IMG/VR virus record: IMGVR_UViG_3300028888_000052 | Length of the DNA stretch: 64,000 nucleotides | Strand: one strand, 5' to 3' | Source of the DNA: a virus | Taxonomy: Duplodnaviria; Caudoviricetes | Shown: positions 20,107 through 31,373 of the stretch, in pieces | Layout of the letters: each line of letters starts with the position of its first letter | Numbering within the stretch: position 1 is the stretch's first letter | The notes under the pieces: model-generated | The model's input: only the letters and a program-made list of their open reading frames with translations | The model's database searches: none | What the model was told of the DNA's origin: nothing | Position numbers and translations under genes: made by a program

Positions 20107-21249
20107 ATGAAAAAGTTTATTTTGACATTGTTCATCGCTTTGGCGATGGTATTTACAGCTAATGCTCAGATAGCTACTGAGAATTCAAAGGTTTTGGACA
20201 ATACTTATGTAGGTGTTGAGGCAGGTGTTTCTACTCCTCTCAATTTCAATTCTGTATTTCCAGTAAATCCTATTGTAGGTATTAAGCTCGGTAAAGAGTT
20301 GACACCAGTATTTGGTTTTGAAGTAGAAGGTCTTGTTACTTCAGGCGATAATTTCTATCGTTATGGATATAATTCTTCTATACTCCCTTGGGATGAAGGT
20401 GCATTTAATGTTCATAAGGATGGTTCAATGAATACATTTGTTAAGGCTACAAATGTTGGCTTGAATGGTGTAATTAATTGGTCAAATCTTTTATTTGGAT
20501 ATCAAGGAACACCTCATTTCTTTGAAGTAAAGACTAATACCGGTTTGGGATGGTTGCATTATTTTGGTGATTTTACTACTAATAAAGTAGGTGGTTATAA
20601 ACCTGGTGGCCAACGTAATGTATTGACTGCTAAGACCGCTATTGATTTTGCATTTAATCTTGGTAATACTAAGGCTCATACCATAACTGTATCTCCTGGT
20701 ATTTATTGGGGATTGAATGATGAAAGCAACATTAAGTTCAATAAGAACTATGCTCAATTTGGTATTATGGTAGGTTATGCTTATCATTTCAAGACTTCTA
20801 ATGGTACTCGTCATTTCAAAACTTATGATGTAGGTGCTATGGTTGGTGAAATTGATCGTTTGAATCAAGAACTTGCTAAGAAGCCTACTGAAGTTATTAA
20901 GTACGTAGAAGTTCCTGCTAAGAATGTAGAGCAACCTGTTACAAATGCAGTTCAACACGCTACAGGTTTTGGAGTAAATGAAACAGTTTACTTTGGTTAC
21001 GATAGCGCTGAACTTGATGCCCGTGCTAAGGAAACACTTGATAAGCTTGGTGAAAATGGCATTTATGTAGTTAAAGCTTATGCTTCAAGTGAAGGTTCAA
21101 CAGAATATAACAAAGCTCTTTCACAACGTCGTGCTGATGCTGTAAAAGCATACCTTGAGGAACGTGGTTGTAGAGTTGAATCTGCTACTGGTTATGGAGT
21201 ACTTTTTGGTACAACTACTGGTCGTGTAGCTGTTGTTACAAACAAGTAA
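20107..21249 (+). CDS. OmpA-family outer membrane protein (Bacteroidales type)
   Basis: Signal peptide (..ANA-Q), beta-barrel region (GKELTPVFGFEVEG), C-terminal OmpA domain (VYFGYDSAEL, YASSEGSTEYNKALSQRRADAVKAYL). Confidence 0.9.
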   Translation: MKKFILTLFIALAMVFTANAQIATENSKVLDNTYVGVEAGVSTPLNFNSVFPVNPIVGIKLGKELTPVFGFEVEGLVTSGDNFYRYGYNSSILPWDEGAFNVHKDGSMNTFVKATNVGLNGVINWSNLLFGYQGTPHFFEVKTNTGLGWLHYFGDFTTNKVGGYKPGGQRNVLTAKTAIDFAFNLGNTKAHTITVSPGIYWGLNDESNIKFNKNYAQFGIMVGYAYHFKTSNGTRHFKTYDVGAMVGEIDRLNQELAKKPTEVIKYVEVPAKNVEQPVTNAVQHATGFGVNETVYFGYDSAELDARAKETLDKLGENGIYVVKAYASSEGSTEYNKALSQRRADAVKAYLEERGCRVESATGYGVLFGTTTGRVAVVTNK

Positions 21250-21277
21250 GTTAATTATTATTTATTTTATTTATATT

Positions 21278-21305
21278 AAGGAGCAACGAAAGTTGCTCCT
21301 TTTTT
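21278..21305 (+). terminator. Intrinsic terminator
   Basis: aaggagcaac-gaaa-gttgctcctt + T-tract. Confidence 0.9.
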
Positions 21306-21374
21306 GTTATATATTATCTAAAATAAAGACTATTTATTTTATTTTTATATAAGAAATTAACATTTGTATGTTGA

Positions 21375-24300
21375 ATGGCTGATGATAAAATTTTAAGTAG
21401 TCTTACTAATATTGGAAAAGATGTTAAAGGTATACATGGTCAAGTAAAGAAATTCGGTCCAAAATTACCAAGTGGTAATTCTGAAGAAGATGAATTAATT
21501 GATGAAGCCCAATTAAATACTTTTACTGCTCTTGCCGGTTTATTAGGTGTATTGTTTGGTAAGAAAGTTACTAAATTAGGTGATGTTACACAAATCATAA
21601 ATAAAAGTACAACAAAGGATAATTTATTTGTTGTACTTAAAAACTTTGTAGATGCACAAATCAATCCTAAAGATTTATATCGTAAAGATTCTATACTTGA
21701 TAAATTTATTAAACAAAGTATAGGAGCTTGGACTACTGAATTTAAAAAATCAATTAAACCTTTATTACAAGATATTTACGGACAAGATTTTACTTATTTA
21801 AGTGATATTTTTGATACAATTGATAATTTAGACTTAGATGGAAAATTTCAAGAATTAGTTTCAGCTATTGAGGAATTACAAGATATAATCAAAAATAATA
21901 AACCACTTAAAGAAGAAAAATCTGAATTAGCATTAGGTTCAACAGATATTTTAGATAATTATGTAGGAGAAATTAAAGCACTTTTAACAGCTGTTAATGA
22001 AAGTGTTTTAAAAATTGATGGTAAATTACCAAAAGACCTTTCAGAATTAATTAAGCAAAAAGAAGAAGAAATAGCTAAAGGTAAAATAGATATTGAGTTA
22101 ATATCTAATACACAAGACTTAAATACATTGATAGAAACTATTAAGTCATTCTCTGAAAATTCTGAAAATATAGATGCTAATTTTGAAAATATTATTAAAT
22201 CAATTAATAGCTTAGTTAATCTTATAGATAATTTAAATTCTGAATTAGAAAAAATAGATGCTAATAAGATTGCTCGAAATATATCGAATATTATAGAAGT
22301 TTTAGGAAAAAGAGGTGATAATAAGGAAACTAATGGAAAGAATTTACATACATTAATTACTAATTTAATGGGAATTATACCAGATGCATCTGAATCTGCT
22401 ACTAAAAAACAAGATGTACAAGCTGCTATAGATTTGATTGGTACATTAACTAAGATTCAATCTATGAAAATTGGTGTTTCTGATATTTCAACAATTCTTG
22501 ATAGTTATATTAAAATAACTGAAAAGGGTGGACAAATGTCGAAGTTATTTGATAATATTAGAGAACTTGGTGATGTAGCTATTAATCCTGATACCGAAAA
22601 ATCATTGAAGGCAATAGAAAAATTATTTGATTTATTGCAAAAAGATTTATACATTAGTCCATTTAAAGCTATTAGAATAAAATTTGGTTTAATGAATTTT
22701 AGAGTTATTCTTTCTAAAGAATTTGTAAAGTTAACAAAATCTTTAGAAGGATTAGCTAAATTATCAGAAGAACAAAATAATTCTATCGTAATTATCAATA
22801 ATCTTATTGAAGCAATATCTAAAATAGGAGATTTAGGAATATTTAGACAAATTAAAATGATGTTAAATATTAAATTCTTAAAATCTTTCCTTATTAAAGA
22901 TATTAAAGATTTATTAGATGAAGTTAGAGATAGTTTATCGAATTCTGATGCAGATGCAATAGCTACTGTATTAGAAAATATTGATACAATATTTAATTCA
23001 TTAGTTAATATTGGTAATATTGATATTAAAGAATATGGAGAATTAAAACAAAGAATAAATTATTTGATGGGTATTCTTAAAGATGATTTACCTGAAATAA
23101 TTAAACAAATATCTTCATATAAAGTAGAATTAGAAAGTATAGAAAATATTTCTAAGTATTTAGATAATGTTAAGCATATGCTTGGTGCATTACCAGGTAT
23201 GTTCTTATTGTTAGGCTCTATTCTTAAGTTAGATTTATTGAATTCAAATGTTATACCACAATTGAATCAATCAACTATTCTTTTAAGTAATTTAAGAATG
23301 AGATCTGATATGGAAGCCCTTGAATTTTGGGATGTATTAAAATATGAATTATCAGAATTAGAAAATATAAACACCATTATTTCAGATAATAAAACATATA
23401 AGCAAACAATAAAGACTATTAAATCTGAAATGATACCAGAATTAGTGTCTATTGAAAATTTCTTAATGGAATTAAATAAACTTTTAGAAATTTCAATAGA
23501 TAAAGATTCTATTAAAAACCTTAATGAAGTCATAACTAAGTTTAATGAATTACCATTTGATAATTTACCACAAACTTCAGTTATGAATACAGTTGATGAA
23601 ATTGTATTAGTTATCAAGAAAATATTTGAAGATTTACCTAAAGAGAAAATCGATCAAAACTTATTATCTTCTGTAATAGAAGATTATACTCTCTTAATTA
23701 TGTCTTTTGATAAAGATACTGATTTAGGTAAAGCTATAACTAATATTGCAGTAATCAAGAAAAGTGATTTTGAGAATTTAAAGAATTTAGCTAAATATCT
23801 TAATGAATTAAATAAAATAGGAAAAATTCTTGTAGCTGTTGATAGTGCAGAAAAGATATTGACTGGTATTGAGACCTTAGTAAAAATGGTAATTAATATC
23901 AATGAAAAATTAAATAATGCTATAAAGAATGTTTCTATAGATCAAGACCAAATTAAAGAATTATCTAATGGTATTAAAGAATTAATGAAAGTAGTAGTAA
24001 TGAGTGCTGCTTTATTAATTATTGCTGGTATGGCTCTTATGGTTGTTCCAATTGCAAATATATTTATGTTTACTGTAACATTAACAATGTTTGTAGGAAC
24101 AATATTAGGAGTATTTGGTTATGCTTCTAAATATGCTAATCCAGCTATGGAAACTTTAGATGATTTAACTAAATTAGTTGTTGGTTCAGCATTAGTATTA
24201 ATATTTGGTGGCTTAGTTGCTAAACTTGGTATTTTAGGTGATGCATTTATATTTGCTATGGAATTAGCTGTATTTGTTGGTGCCATTACATTCTTGTTTG

Positions 24301-27300
24301 CCAAAGCATCAAGTCAAACACAAAAAGCTATTGAAGGTCTTGAAGATTTTACAATGTTAGTTGTAGCTTCAGGTTTAGTATTAATACTTGGTTCTGTTAT
24401 ATATCATTTCATCAAATGGGAAGATTTATTTGGTTTTACCATTGCTGTTGGTGCATTTATATTTGCTATGACATTTACTGTAGCAATGTTTGCTGATCAA
24501 CTTAAAGAATCATTAGAAGGTGTTAAAGATTTAGCAATACTTGTTGTTGCCACTGGTTTAACTATTGCTTTAGGTTCATTTATGTTTAAATGGGTTGATT
24601 GGGCATCAGCTTTCTTATTTGTAGGAGCTACATTATTATTTACTGTTGCTATAGTAACTATATTTGGACTTTTAGATTCTAAATTAGGTATATTAGATCC
24701 ATTTAGACAAGCTTTAGAAGGTGTTAAAGATTTAGCAATACTTGTTATAGCTGCTGGTTTAACTTTAGCTTTAGGTTCATTTGTATATAAATATGTTGAT
24801 ATCGCTTCTGCTTTCTTATTTACAGCTGTATTAGCAGGATTTATAATTGCGGTTATGATGCCATTTATTTTAGCTAAGTCTTCTGGTATGATTGGATTAG
24901 CTGAAAAGTCTGGTAAAGAATTCGGTATACTTTTATTATTCTCAACATTAGTTTTGATGATAGGTGGATTATTATTCACTTTATATCCTCAAATCATACC
25001 TGGTACTGCTTTATTTGCATTAGTATTGGGTGGATTTGTTTGGGGTGTATGTACTGCATTTAGTAAAGTAGATGCTGAAAAGATTTGGCCTAAAGCTGTT
25101 GCAATATTGTTAATAACTGTTATATCTGGTGCAGTATTATTGTATGCTGGTAAACTTATTGCTGATAACCCAAATATGGCTTGGGCTGTTCCATTATTTG
25201 CAGTTACTTTATTTGGTTATTTAATGGGTATGACACTTGTATTGAAAGTATTAAATAACATTAAAGGTGATTTAATTAAAGGTGTTATAGCTATTGGGTT
25301 ATTATGTGTAGTAACAATGTTAGCTGCTAAAGCTATTGAAATGGCTGCTGAAATGGTTCATAAATATTCATGGGCTGAAATTGGTGGAGGTATATTAGCT
25401 CTTATTACTGGTATAGGTCTTATTGGATTAGCTTATTGGGCATTTGGTTATGCCGCTTTCTTAGATGGTGGTTTAGGTTTAGGATTAGCTGCATTAGCAT
25501 TAACAGCAATTAGTGGTTTATCATTCTTGACAGTAAATGCTTTAATGTATGTTACAAAACACCAAAAAGATATCAAGGTAACAGAAGTTAAGAAATTTAG
25601 GAATGCTATTAAAGCAATGGGTGGTCTTGCAGAAGAATTAGTAGATCAATTTGGTAGTCTTAAGATGATATTTGTATTGCCAACCGTTAGTGCTTCTGTA
25701 ACAACACTTGGTTTTGCTTTATCTCAAATAGCTAAAGCAGTAGCTGATTATTCTTCTTTAGTAGTTCCTGAATATGAAGGAAAGAAAATAATTAGATATA
25801 GAAAACTTACTTCAAAAGACTTTAATCAAGCAGCTCGTAATGTAAAACAAATTATTACTGTTTTAGGTGGAGCTGTTATAGATACTTATGATAGAAAACC
25901 TGAAATATTTGAAACTAATTTCTTTGGTAGATCTAAGTTTGCCACTGTAACTAAGTCACTTAAGACTTTAGGTCCTATGCTTTCTACAATAGCAAAAGCT
26001 GTTAAGAATTATGCATCATTAACAATACCAGAATATAAAGGTGGTAAAGAAGTTGTAAGTTATAGAAAATTAGGAGATGAAGATTTTAAAGCAGCAGCAC
26101 GTAATGTTTCAGTAATTATCACAACATTAGGTGGAGCTGTTATAGATACTTATGACAAAAAACCAGAGATATTTGAAACTAATTTCTGGGGAACATCTAA
26201 GTTCTCTAAAGTAACTAAATCATTAAAGACTTTAGCACCACTTATTTCAAGTATTGCTAAATCAGTTCAAACTTATGCAAATCTCAAAGTAGCTGATTAT
26301 GGTGATGTAGTTGAATATGATAAGAATGGTAATCCAAAGATTAAAAAATATTTACCATTAACTGATCAAGATTTTGTATCGGCTGCTACTAATGTACAAA
26401 CAATTATCTCTACTTTAGGTGGCGCTATAATTGCTTGTTATGATGCTAAACCAGAAATGTATGATTCTGGTTTATTTAGAAAATCTAAATTTGCTAAAGT
26501 GGTAGATGCCAACATTACATTAGCTAAGCTTATTTCTCGTATTGGTAAAGCAGTTGCTGATATGAGTAATCTTAAAGTAGCTACTGATTGGTATACTGAA
26601 GGTGACAATATTGGTAAGCCAAAGAAATATGAACAATTAGATAATAAGCATTTTAAAAATGCATCAGATAATATTTTAACAATTATTACAACATTAGGTA
26701 AACCAATTGAAAAAATAGCCGGTGATCCTAAATTATTTGAACTTTATAATTCTACATCAGGATTTATAGGAATAGGTGGTAATAAATCTAAATTCATTAA
26801 AGTTATTGATGGTAATATTAAATTAGCTACACTTATATCAAGAATTGGTAAAGCTGTTGCAGATATGGCTAATTTAAAAGTAGCTACTGAGTGGTATACT
26901 GAAGGTGAACATATTGGTAAACCAAAGAAATATGAACAATTAGATAATAAGCATTTTTCTAAAGCATCACAAAATATTTTAACAGTTATTACAACATTGG
27001 GTAAACCAATTCAAAAGATTGCTGCTGATCAAAAACAAATGGAATTATTTGAAAGTTCATCAGGATTCTTAGGAATAGGTAAGAAAAAATCTAAGTTTGT
27101 AACAGTAATTGATGGTAATCTTAAATTAGCTGGATTAATTTCTAAAATTGGTTCTGCTATTAAAGATGTGTCTCAATTAAAATTAGTTACCGGTTATGAT
27201 AAAGAAGGTAAGCCAACTGGTTATAAAGTAATGGGACAAAAAGAATTTACTCAAGCCGCAGATAATATAAATAAGATTATCACCACTTTAAGTAATTCAA

Positions 27301-30300
27301 TTATCCAAACATACAAAAAGAACCCAAAACTTTTTGAAGATGGAGAAGATTCTGATTTTGCTAAAGCAAATACTGCTATTGGTTCTATGGGTCAAATGAT
27401 TAGCTCTATAGCTGGTGGTATTTCAGCTTATGCCCAATTAAGAATTCCTGATTGGACTGCTGGTACTAATTCAGATGGTACCCCAAAGAAATATTTAGAA
27501 TTAAATAACAAGACATTTAAAGCTGCTTCTGAATCAATTAGTGCTATTATATCTAATATAGGTAAAACAGTTATAGACGAATATAAGAAACATGATAAAT
27601 GGTTTGATGATGGTGAAGATTCTGATTTTGCTAAAGCTTGTACAGCTATAAGTTCAATGGGAACTATGCTTGGTTCTATATCTGAAGGTATTAAAGCATA
27701 TGCTGAATTACGTATACCTACAGAATATGATAAACAAGGTAATCCAATTAAATTTAGAGATTTGACCAATAAAGATTTTGAAAATGCTTCACAAAATATT
27801 GGTTATGTAGTTAGCACAATTGGTAAAGCGGTAATGGAAATGTATACTGGTAAAATAAATGGCGTTCAAGTTATAGATGCTAAATTAGCTAAAGAAATGT
27901 TTGATTATGATCCAGAAAAATCAACAGACTCTATATTTGCTAAAGTAGTTCAAGCATGTACTAATATTGGTGATATGATTGGTTCTATAGCTGAAGGTGT
28001 ACAAATGTATGCTGAAATGAAGATGCCTACCGGATTTGATAAAGAAGGTAAACCAATTGGATATACAAAATTAGATGAAACAACATTCACTAAAGCAGCT
28101 AATACAATTGGTAATATTATTAGTGTAATTGGTGGAGCAATTGACAAGACTTTCTATGAACATAGAAATTGGTTTGAATTACCACCATTAAAGAAGAAAG
28201 GTGGATTCTTAGGTCTTGGTACTGTTGAAGAGCCTAATCCATCTGACCCACCATTTACTAAAGCAGTTAAAGGTTTAAGTCTTATGGGTAATATGATTGG
28301 ATCAATTGCCCAAGGTGTACAAACATTTGCTGCCATGAAGATGCCTGTAGAATTTGCTCCTGATGGTACTCCTACAAAGTATATCCAAATGGATGATGCT
28401 ATGTATGAGAGAGCTGCTGTGGCAATTGGTAAAGTTGTAACTTCTTTAGGTTCATCTATTGATAGAGCATATTGGGATAATATGACTTTATTCAATAATC
28501 CTAATATAAACAAGATAATGTATGCATTTACCCAAATGGGTCAAATTATAAGCTCTATGTCAAGAGGTGTACAAGAATATGCTAAATTAAGTATACCAGA
28601 TGAGATAGACCCAGTAACAGGTAAAGGAAAGAATTATAGAAAGGTTGAAGATAGTGATTTTGTAACTGCCGGTGCACAAGTTGCTAAAGTACTTACTTGT
28701 ATTGGTCAAGCAATAGAAGATGTAGCTGAAGGTAAAACTTTCCAAAGATGGAATTCAAGCAAAACATTAGAGACAGTTACTAATATGTATGCAAAAATAG
28801 TTCCAACTATTAGTAATTTAGCTAATGTTATCAAGCAATTTGCTTCATTATCTATGCCTACTGGATTTGATAAAAATGGTAAAGCTTTAGGATTTGAAAA
28901 GATGAAAGATACTGATATTACTGCTGCTGGTGATGCAATTGGTAAAGTATTAACAGCTATTGGTCAAGGTATCGTAAATGCTATAGGTGATCACCCAGAA
29001 TTATTTGGACAAAATGGTTTGGAAGCAATATTTAATAAAAAATCAGTTGATGAATTACCAGTAATGGTAGCAGCTAAAGCTATTAGTACAATGGCTACAC
29101 CTATTGTACAAATTGCTGGTGTGTTAAAATCATATTCTGGTTCACAATTCTTTGATCCATCAGATAAAGAACATAAAAATCCACTTACTTTAAGTCAAGA
29201 TCAAATTAATAAAGCAAAAGATAATATGTCTGCTGTAATTAGTTCATTAGGTGAAGTAATGTGGCAAGAATTAACTCAAAGTTCACATAAAGATATTTAT
29301 ACAAAGCAATCTAATATTGAATCCGCTAAAGGTGTAATGGATTTAACTATAAGTATTGTTTCTGAAATAATTAGTGGATTTATGCCTATATTTACTCAAT
29401 TAGGTCAACAAATTACATTAGGCAAGAAACAAACAACTGTATTGAATGCATTTACTGATATGGTAGGTGATAAGCCAGAAATTCAAGATAATTTAATCAA
29501 AGTTATCAATGTAGTTGGTTCATTAGGTCAAGCTATTGCTGCCAAGAAGATTAAAGATATTGCTGGACAAGATGAGCAATATAAAACAGCTTTAGATACA
29601 ACAACTAATATCCTTACAGATGCTTATGTAATGGCTTCTATAGCTGAAAAACTTAAAGTTAATGATAAAGATATTTTAACAATTTTCCAAGAAGCCGGAT
29701 ATTCAAAATATTGTAATGGTATTACTCATATAGTTGATGTATTTGGTTCAATAGCTTTCTATATCAAAAACAATAGAATTAAAGATGTAGAAGACTATGA
29801 TGAAAGATATAAATATTTAAAAGATGTAGTAGTTAATATATCTAAATATGCAAGAGTTATTTCGGTTTGGTCTGATGCTAAAATAAATGGAGTTTTATTA
29901 TCTTCTTATTTCTCAGAAAAGGATAATAATGGTGAATATTATGTAAAGATTAAATTAGAGAACATAATAAACACTATGAAAGCATTAAGCTATTTAATTA
30001 AAGAAAATGATATAAAGAATGTTGAAGGTAAAGAGAAAAATTATCAAAGATTATCTGTAGTTGTATTAAGTATTATTTCAACTATGGCTAAGATGACTTC
30101 TAGCCTCAATACTAATTTATCAAATATTGAAAAGTTTATTGCTTATTTCCCTGAATATAATGATATTGATACAAAAGATCCAAATATTATCAAGAAATTC
30201 ATAAAGATTATAGATAATATTTCTGATGTATTGACAAATAGTTTTAATGATGATTTATTAGAATCTATTACTAATTCACATTCAATATTAACTGATGTTA

Positions 30301-31355
30301 ATGATATGTTTGATGATGAATATGTCATGATTAAAACATTAGTTGATAATGTAATTGAATTGGAAGAACTTATAAAAAGTGTAAATACTGAAACATTTGA
30401 TACTAAATTATCAGCAATTATAGAATCATTTAATAGTGCAATCACCAAACTTTCAACCATTAGTAATTCAAAATCTAATGTAACTGATGGTGGTGGATTC
30501 TTTGCTGATTTAGGAGATAAATTATTAGGAAAAGGTGTTACAATCACTGATGACATTAATTTATTCTGTGATGTAATAGAAAGAATAATTGAATTATCTA
30601 AACAAGCAGCAGAAGCTAAAGAAGATGGTTATGAATATATTGGTGATGGTATTGATTATATCAATGAAGCAGTAAATAATATTCAAGACCAACAAACATT
30701 CGAACAACATCAAAAGATTATGGACAAGTATGTTAATACTGTCAATAAGATTGATGTGATGAAAGCTAACAAACTTATAAATCTTGTTAATGCTATGAAT
30801 GTTTTAGCTTCACGTATGGGTAACTTGGATAATCTTACAGCCGCTATTTCAGATGGTTTAACACTTGTATTAGATAAATTAGTAAGAGAATTGACTACAG
30901 CTAAAGAAACAATCGAAAAAGCAGAGAAGTTGCAAAAATCTAGATATGATTTAATTAAGTCACAAGTTAATGATGTTAAGACTATTATGTCACAAACTCT
31001 TACTATAGAAATATCTAAAGTTGAAGATAATCAATCATTAAATGATAATTCAACTTCAGTCACAACTACTAATGATCAATCTAATACAAACAACAATAAT
31101 AATAATGGAGGTGGTAACCCAGTAAGTAATCAAGATAATACAACAAATCAAGCTGGCCCAGATAACATAAATTCAAATGGAGGTCCTACAAAGAGAACTA
31201 AGAGCCAACCAGATATAGCTACAGCTAATGCTCAACGTAGACAAACAACAAACCAAGGTATGTCATTCGAACAACTTGAAGCATTACTTGAAAACAAGAT
31301 TCCAAATAGATTTAAATTAGACCCAAGAACTAATGTTATTACTCCAATAGGATAA
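21375..31355 (+). CDS. Giant 3326-aa tape-measure-like / membrane-inserting virion protein
   Basis: Helical composition, multi-TM hydrophobic block (about aa 870-1400), about a dozen ~95-100-aa repeats, near a tail-tube-like gene. Confidence 0.6.
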   Translation: MADDKILSSLTNIGKDVKGIHGQVKKFGPKLPSGNSEEDELIDEAQLNTFTALAGLLGVLFGKKVTKLGDVTQIINKSTTKDNLFVVLKNFVDAQINPKDLYRKDSILDKFIKQSIGAWTTEFKKSIKPLLQDIYGQDFTYLSDIFDTIDNLDLDGKFQELVSAIEELQDIIKNNKPLKEEKSELALGSTDILDNYVGEIKALLTAVNESVLKIDGKLPKDLSELIKQKEEEIAKGKIDIELISNTQDLNTLIETIKSFSENSENIDANFENIIKSINSLVNLIDNLNSELEKIDANKIARNISNIIEVLGKRGDNKETNGKNLHTLITNLMGIIPDASESATKKQDVQAAIDLIGTLTKIQSMKIGVSDISTILDSYIKITEKGGQMSKLFDNIRELGDVAINPDTEKSLKAIEKLFDLLQKDLYISPFKAIRIKFGLMNFRVILSKEFVKLTKSLEGLAKLSEEQNNSIVIINNLIEAISKIGDLGIFRQIKMMLNIKFLKSFLIKDIKDLLDEVRDSLSNSDADAIATVLENIDTIFNSLVNIGNIDIKEYGELKQRINYLMGILKDDLPEIIKQISSYKVELESIENISKYLDNVKHMLGALPGMFLLLGSILKLDLLNSNVIPQLNQSTILLSNLRMRSDMEALEFWDVLKYELSELENINTIISDNKTYKQTIKTIKSEMIPELVSIENFLMELNKLLEISIDKDSIKNLNEVITKFNELPFDNLPQTSVMNTVDEIVLVIKKIFEDLPKEKIDQNLLSSVIEDYTLLIMSFDKDTDLGKAITNIAVIKKSDFENLKNLAKYLNELNKIGKILVAVDSAEKILTGIETLVKMVININEKLNNAIKNVSIDQDQIKELSNGIKELMKVVVMSAALLIIAGMALMVVPIANIFMFTVTLTMFVGTILGVFGYASKYANPAMETLDDLTKLVVGSALVLIFGGLVAKLGILGDAFIFAMELAVFVGAITFLFAKASSQTQKAIEGLEDFTMLVVASGLVLILGSVIYHFIKWEDLFGFTIAVGAFIFAMTFTVAMFADQLKESLEGVKDLAILVVATGLTIALGSFMFKWVDWASAFLFVGATLLFTVAIVTIFGLLDSKLGILDPFRQALEGVKDLAILVIAAGLTLALGSFVYKYVDIASAFLFTAVLAGFIIAVMMPFILAKSSGMIGLAEKSGKEFGILLLFSTLVLMIGGLLFTLYPQIIPGTALFALVLGGFVWGVCTAFSKVDAEKIWPKAVAILLITVISGAVLLYAGKLIADNPNMAWAVPLFAVTLFGYLMGMTLVLKVLNNIKGDLIKGVIAIGLLCVVTMLAAKAIEMAAEMVHKYSWAEIGGGILALITGIGLIGLAYWAFGYAAFLDGGLGLGLAALALTAISGLSFLTVNALMYVTKHQKDIKVTEVKKFRNAIKAMGGLAEELVDQFGSLKMIFVLPTVSASVTTLGFALSQIAKAVADYSSLVVPEYEGKKIIRYRKLTSKDFNQAARNVKQIITVLGGAVIDTYDRKPEIFETNFFGRSKFATVTKSLKTLGPMLSTIAKAVKNYASLTIPEYKGGKEVVSYRKLGDEDFKAAARNVSVIITTLGGAVIDTYDKKPEIFETNFWGTSKFSKVTKSLKTLAPLISSIAKSVQTYANLKVADYGDVVEYDKNGNPKIKKYLPLTDQDFVSAATNVQTIISTLGGAIIACYDAKPEMYDSGLFRKSKFAKVVDANITLAKLISRIGKAVADMSNLKVATDWYTEGDNIGKPKKYEQLDNKHFKNASDNILTIITTLGKPIEKIAGDPKLFELYNSTSGFIGIGGNKSKFIKVIDGNIKLATLISRIGKAVADMANLKVATEWYTEGEHIGKPKKYEQLDNKHFSKASQNILTVITTLGKPIQKIAADQKQMELFESSSGFLGIGKKKSKFVTVIDGNLKLAGLISKIGSAIKDVSQLKLVTGYDKEGKPTGYKVMGQKEFTQAADNINKIITTLSNSIIQTYKKNPKLFEDGEDSDFAKANTAIGSMGQMISSIAGGISAYAQLRIPDWTAGTNSDGTPKKYLELNNKTFKAASESISAIISNIGKTVIDEYKKHDKWFDDGEDSDFAKACTAISSMGTMLGSISEGIKAYAELRIPTEYDKQGNPIKFRDLTNKDFENASQNIGYVVSTIGKAVMEMYTGKINGVQVIDAKLAKEMFDYDPEKSTDSIFAKVVQACTNIGDMIGSIAEGVQMYAEMKMPTGFDKEGKPIGYTKLDETTFTKAANTIGNIISVIGGAIDKTFYEHRNWFELPPLKKKGGFLGLGTVEEPNPSDPPFTKAVKGLSLMGNMIGSIAQGVQTFAAMKMPVEFAPDGTPTKYIQMDDAMYERAAVAIGKVVTSLGSSIDRAYWDNMTLFNNPNINKIMYAFTQMGQIISSMSRGVQEYAKLSIPDEIDPVTGKGKNYRKVEDSDFVTAGAQVAKVLTCIGQAIEDVAEGKTFQRWNSSKTLETVTNMYAKIVPTISNLANVIKQFASLSMPTGFDKNGKALGFEKMKDTDITAAGDAIGKVLTAIGQGIVNAIGDHPELFGQNGLEAIFNKKSVDELPVMVAAKAISTMATPIVQIAGVLKSYSGSQFFDPSDKEHKNPLTLSQDQINKAKDNMSAVISSLGEVMWQELTQSSHKDIYTKQSNIESAKGVMDLTISIVSEIISGFMPIFTQLGQQITLGKKQTTVLNAFTDMVGDKPEIQDNLIKVINVVGSLGQAIAAKKIKDIAGQDEQYKTALDTTTNILTDAYVMASIAEKLKVNDKDILTIFQEAGYSKYCNGITHIVDVFGSIAFYIKNNRIKDVEDYDERYKYLKDVVVNISKYARVISVWSDAKINGVLLSSYFSEKDNNGEYYVKIKLENIINTMKALSYLIKENDIKNVEGKEKNYQRLSVVVLSIISTMAKMTSSLNTNLSNIEKFIAYFPEYNDIDTKDPNIIKKFIKIIDNISDVLTNSFNDDLLESITNSHSILTDVNDMFDDEYVMIKTLVDNVIELEELIKSVNTETFDTKLSAIIESFNSAITKLSTISNSKSNVTDGGGFFADLGDKLLGKGVTITDDINLFCDVIERIIELSKQAAEAKEDGYEYIGDGIDYINEAVNNIQDQQTFEQHQKIMDKYVNTVNKIDVMKANKLINLVNAMNVLASRMGNLDNLTAAISDGLTLVLDKLVRELTTAKETIEKAEKLQKSRYDLIKSQVNDVKTIMSQTLTIEISKVEDNQSLNDNSTSVTTTNDQSNTNNNNNNGGGNPVSNQDNTTNQAGPDNINSNGGPTKRTKSQPDIATANAQRRQTTNQGMSFEQLEALLENKIPNRFKLDPRTNVITPIG

Positions 31356-31373
31356 AATAATTAAATATAATAT

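Noticed and set aside
21440-30556. Numerous minus-strand ORFs inside the giant gene, and similar shadow ORFs elsewhere
   Set aside because: Antisense shadows of real genes with atypical composition
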